A stretch of DNA of 64,000 bases from assembly GCA_964016885.1 (NCBI GenBank), contig OZ024743.1:328104001-328168000 (forward strand), in the 5' to 3' direction. The position numbers were made by a program, and so were the translations under genes. This DNA is from Eledone cirrhosa (Eukaryota). Of the stretch, positions 63,360 through 64,000 are shown piece by piece (positions within the stretch are counted from its first letter, which is position 1; each line of letters begins with the position of its first letter). Below the pieces are notes generated by a model, which saw only the letters and a list, made by a program, of their open reading frames with translations, made no database searches and was not told the origin of the DNA.

Positions 63360-64000
63360 GCATGGTAGACCGGGAACTGCGAGAACAACAGGCAGGGTTC
63401 CAACCAAAACGTTCCTGTGTAGAGCAGATCTTTACGCTACGCCGCATCATTGAGAGGTACAACGAATTCCAGAAGCCCCTTGCCATCAGCTTCATCGATT
63501 TCTCCAAAGCATTCGATAGCATTCATCGACCGTCGCTCTGGAGTATCATGCATGAGTATGGTCTGCCCCAGAAAGTTATTTCGGCAATCAAACAGATTTA
63601 CGCAAACTCCAAGTGCTGCATACGGACAGAGGATGCTTACAATGACTGGTTTGAGGGGGTTACTGGCGTGCGTCAACGTTGCTCGCTCTCTCCAATTCTC
63701 TTTGCCATAGCCATTGACTAAGAAGAGCGTCTAAAGACCAGGGTATATCTTGGGTGGGAGTGCAAAAGTTGTCTGACCTGGACTTTGCGGACGATATTGC
63801 TGCATTTGCAGAGAGCACAGCTGACCTGCAAATCATTGTGAACAATATCAATGTCGAAGCAGGAAGCTTAGGTCTCAATATCAGTGCTAAGAAGACCAAA
63901 AGCATGTTATCTGGGACACACCCACCACCAACCAGTGTCTTTATTAAAAAGGGGGAGGTGGAGATAGTGGACAACTTAACCTACCTAGGAAACTCCATTA
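63360..64000 (+). mobile_element. Distinct RTE-clade LINE RT fragment (no PHD insert), runs off the window
   Basis: Encodes LREQQAGF...SCVEQIFTLR, FIDFSKAFDSI, GVRQRCSLSPILF, LDFADDI, GLNISAKKTKSM and EIVDNLTYLG. Confidence 0.92.

Overview
AT-rich, repeat-dense eukaryotic genomic DNA. The SINE/LINE repertoire suggests an octopus (coleoid cephalopod), which is inference. The main feature is the 5' part of one spliced gene on the minus strand, SMG6/EST1A (NMD endonuclease / telomerase-binding protein). I reconstructed 11 coding exons from 50570 down to 4787. All introns are GT-AG and phase-compatible, giving 3398 nt (1132 codons + 2 nt). This covers two EJC-binding-like motifs, a long disordered region and the 14-3-3-like/Est1 domain; the PIN nuclease exons must lie beyond position 1. 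The introns and upstream region hold a decayed CRE-clade (RLE) non-LTR retrotransposon plus three more fragments, and a cluster of RTE-type LINEs whose reverse transcriptase carries an inserted C4HC3 PHD finger. They also hold tRNA-derived SINEs, a probable non-autonomous Helitron, MITEs and several minisatellites (32-bp, ~116 copies; 18-bp, ~100 copies). There are two hammerhead-ribozyme-like motifs, two perfect palindromes and a 200-N assembly gap. Most long ORFs in the supplied track are repeat artefacts.
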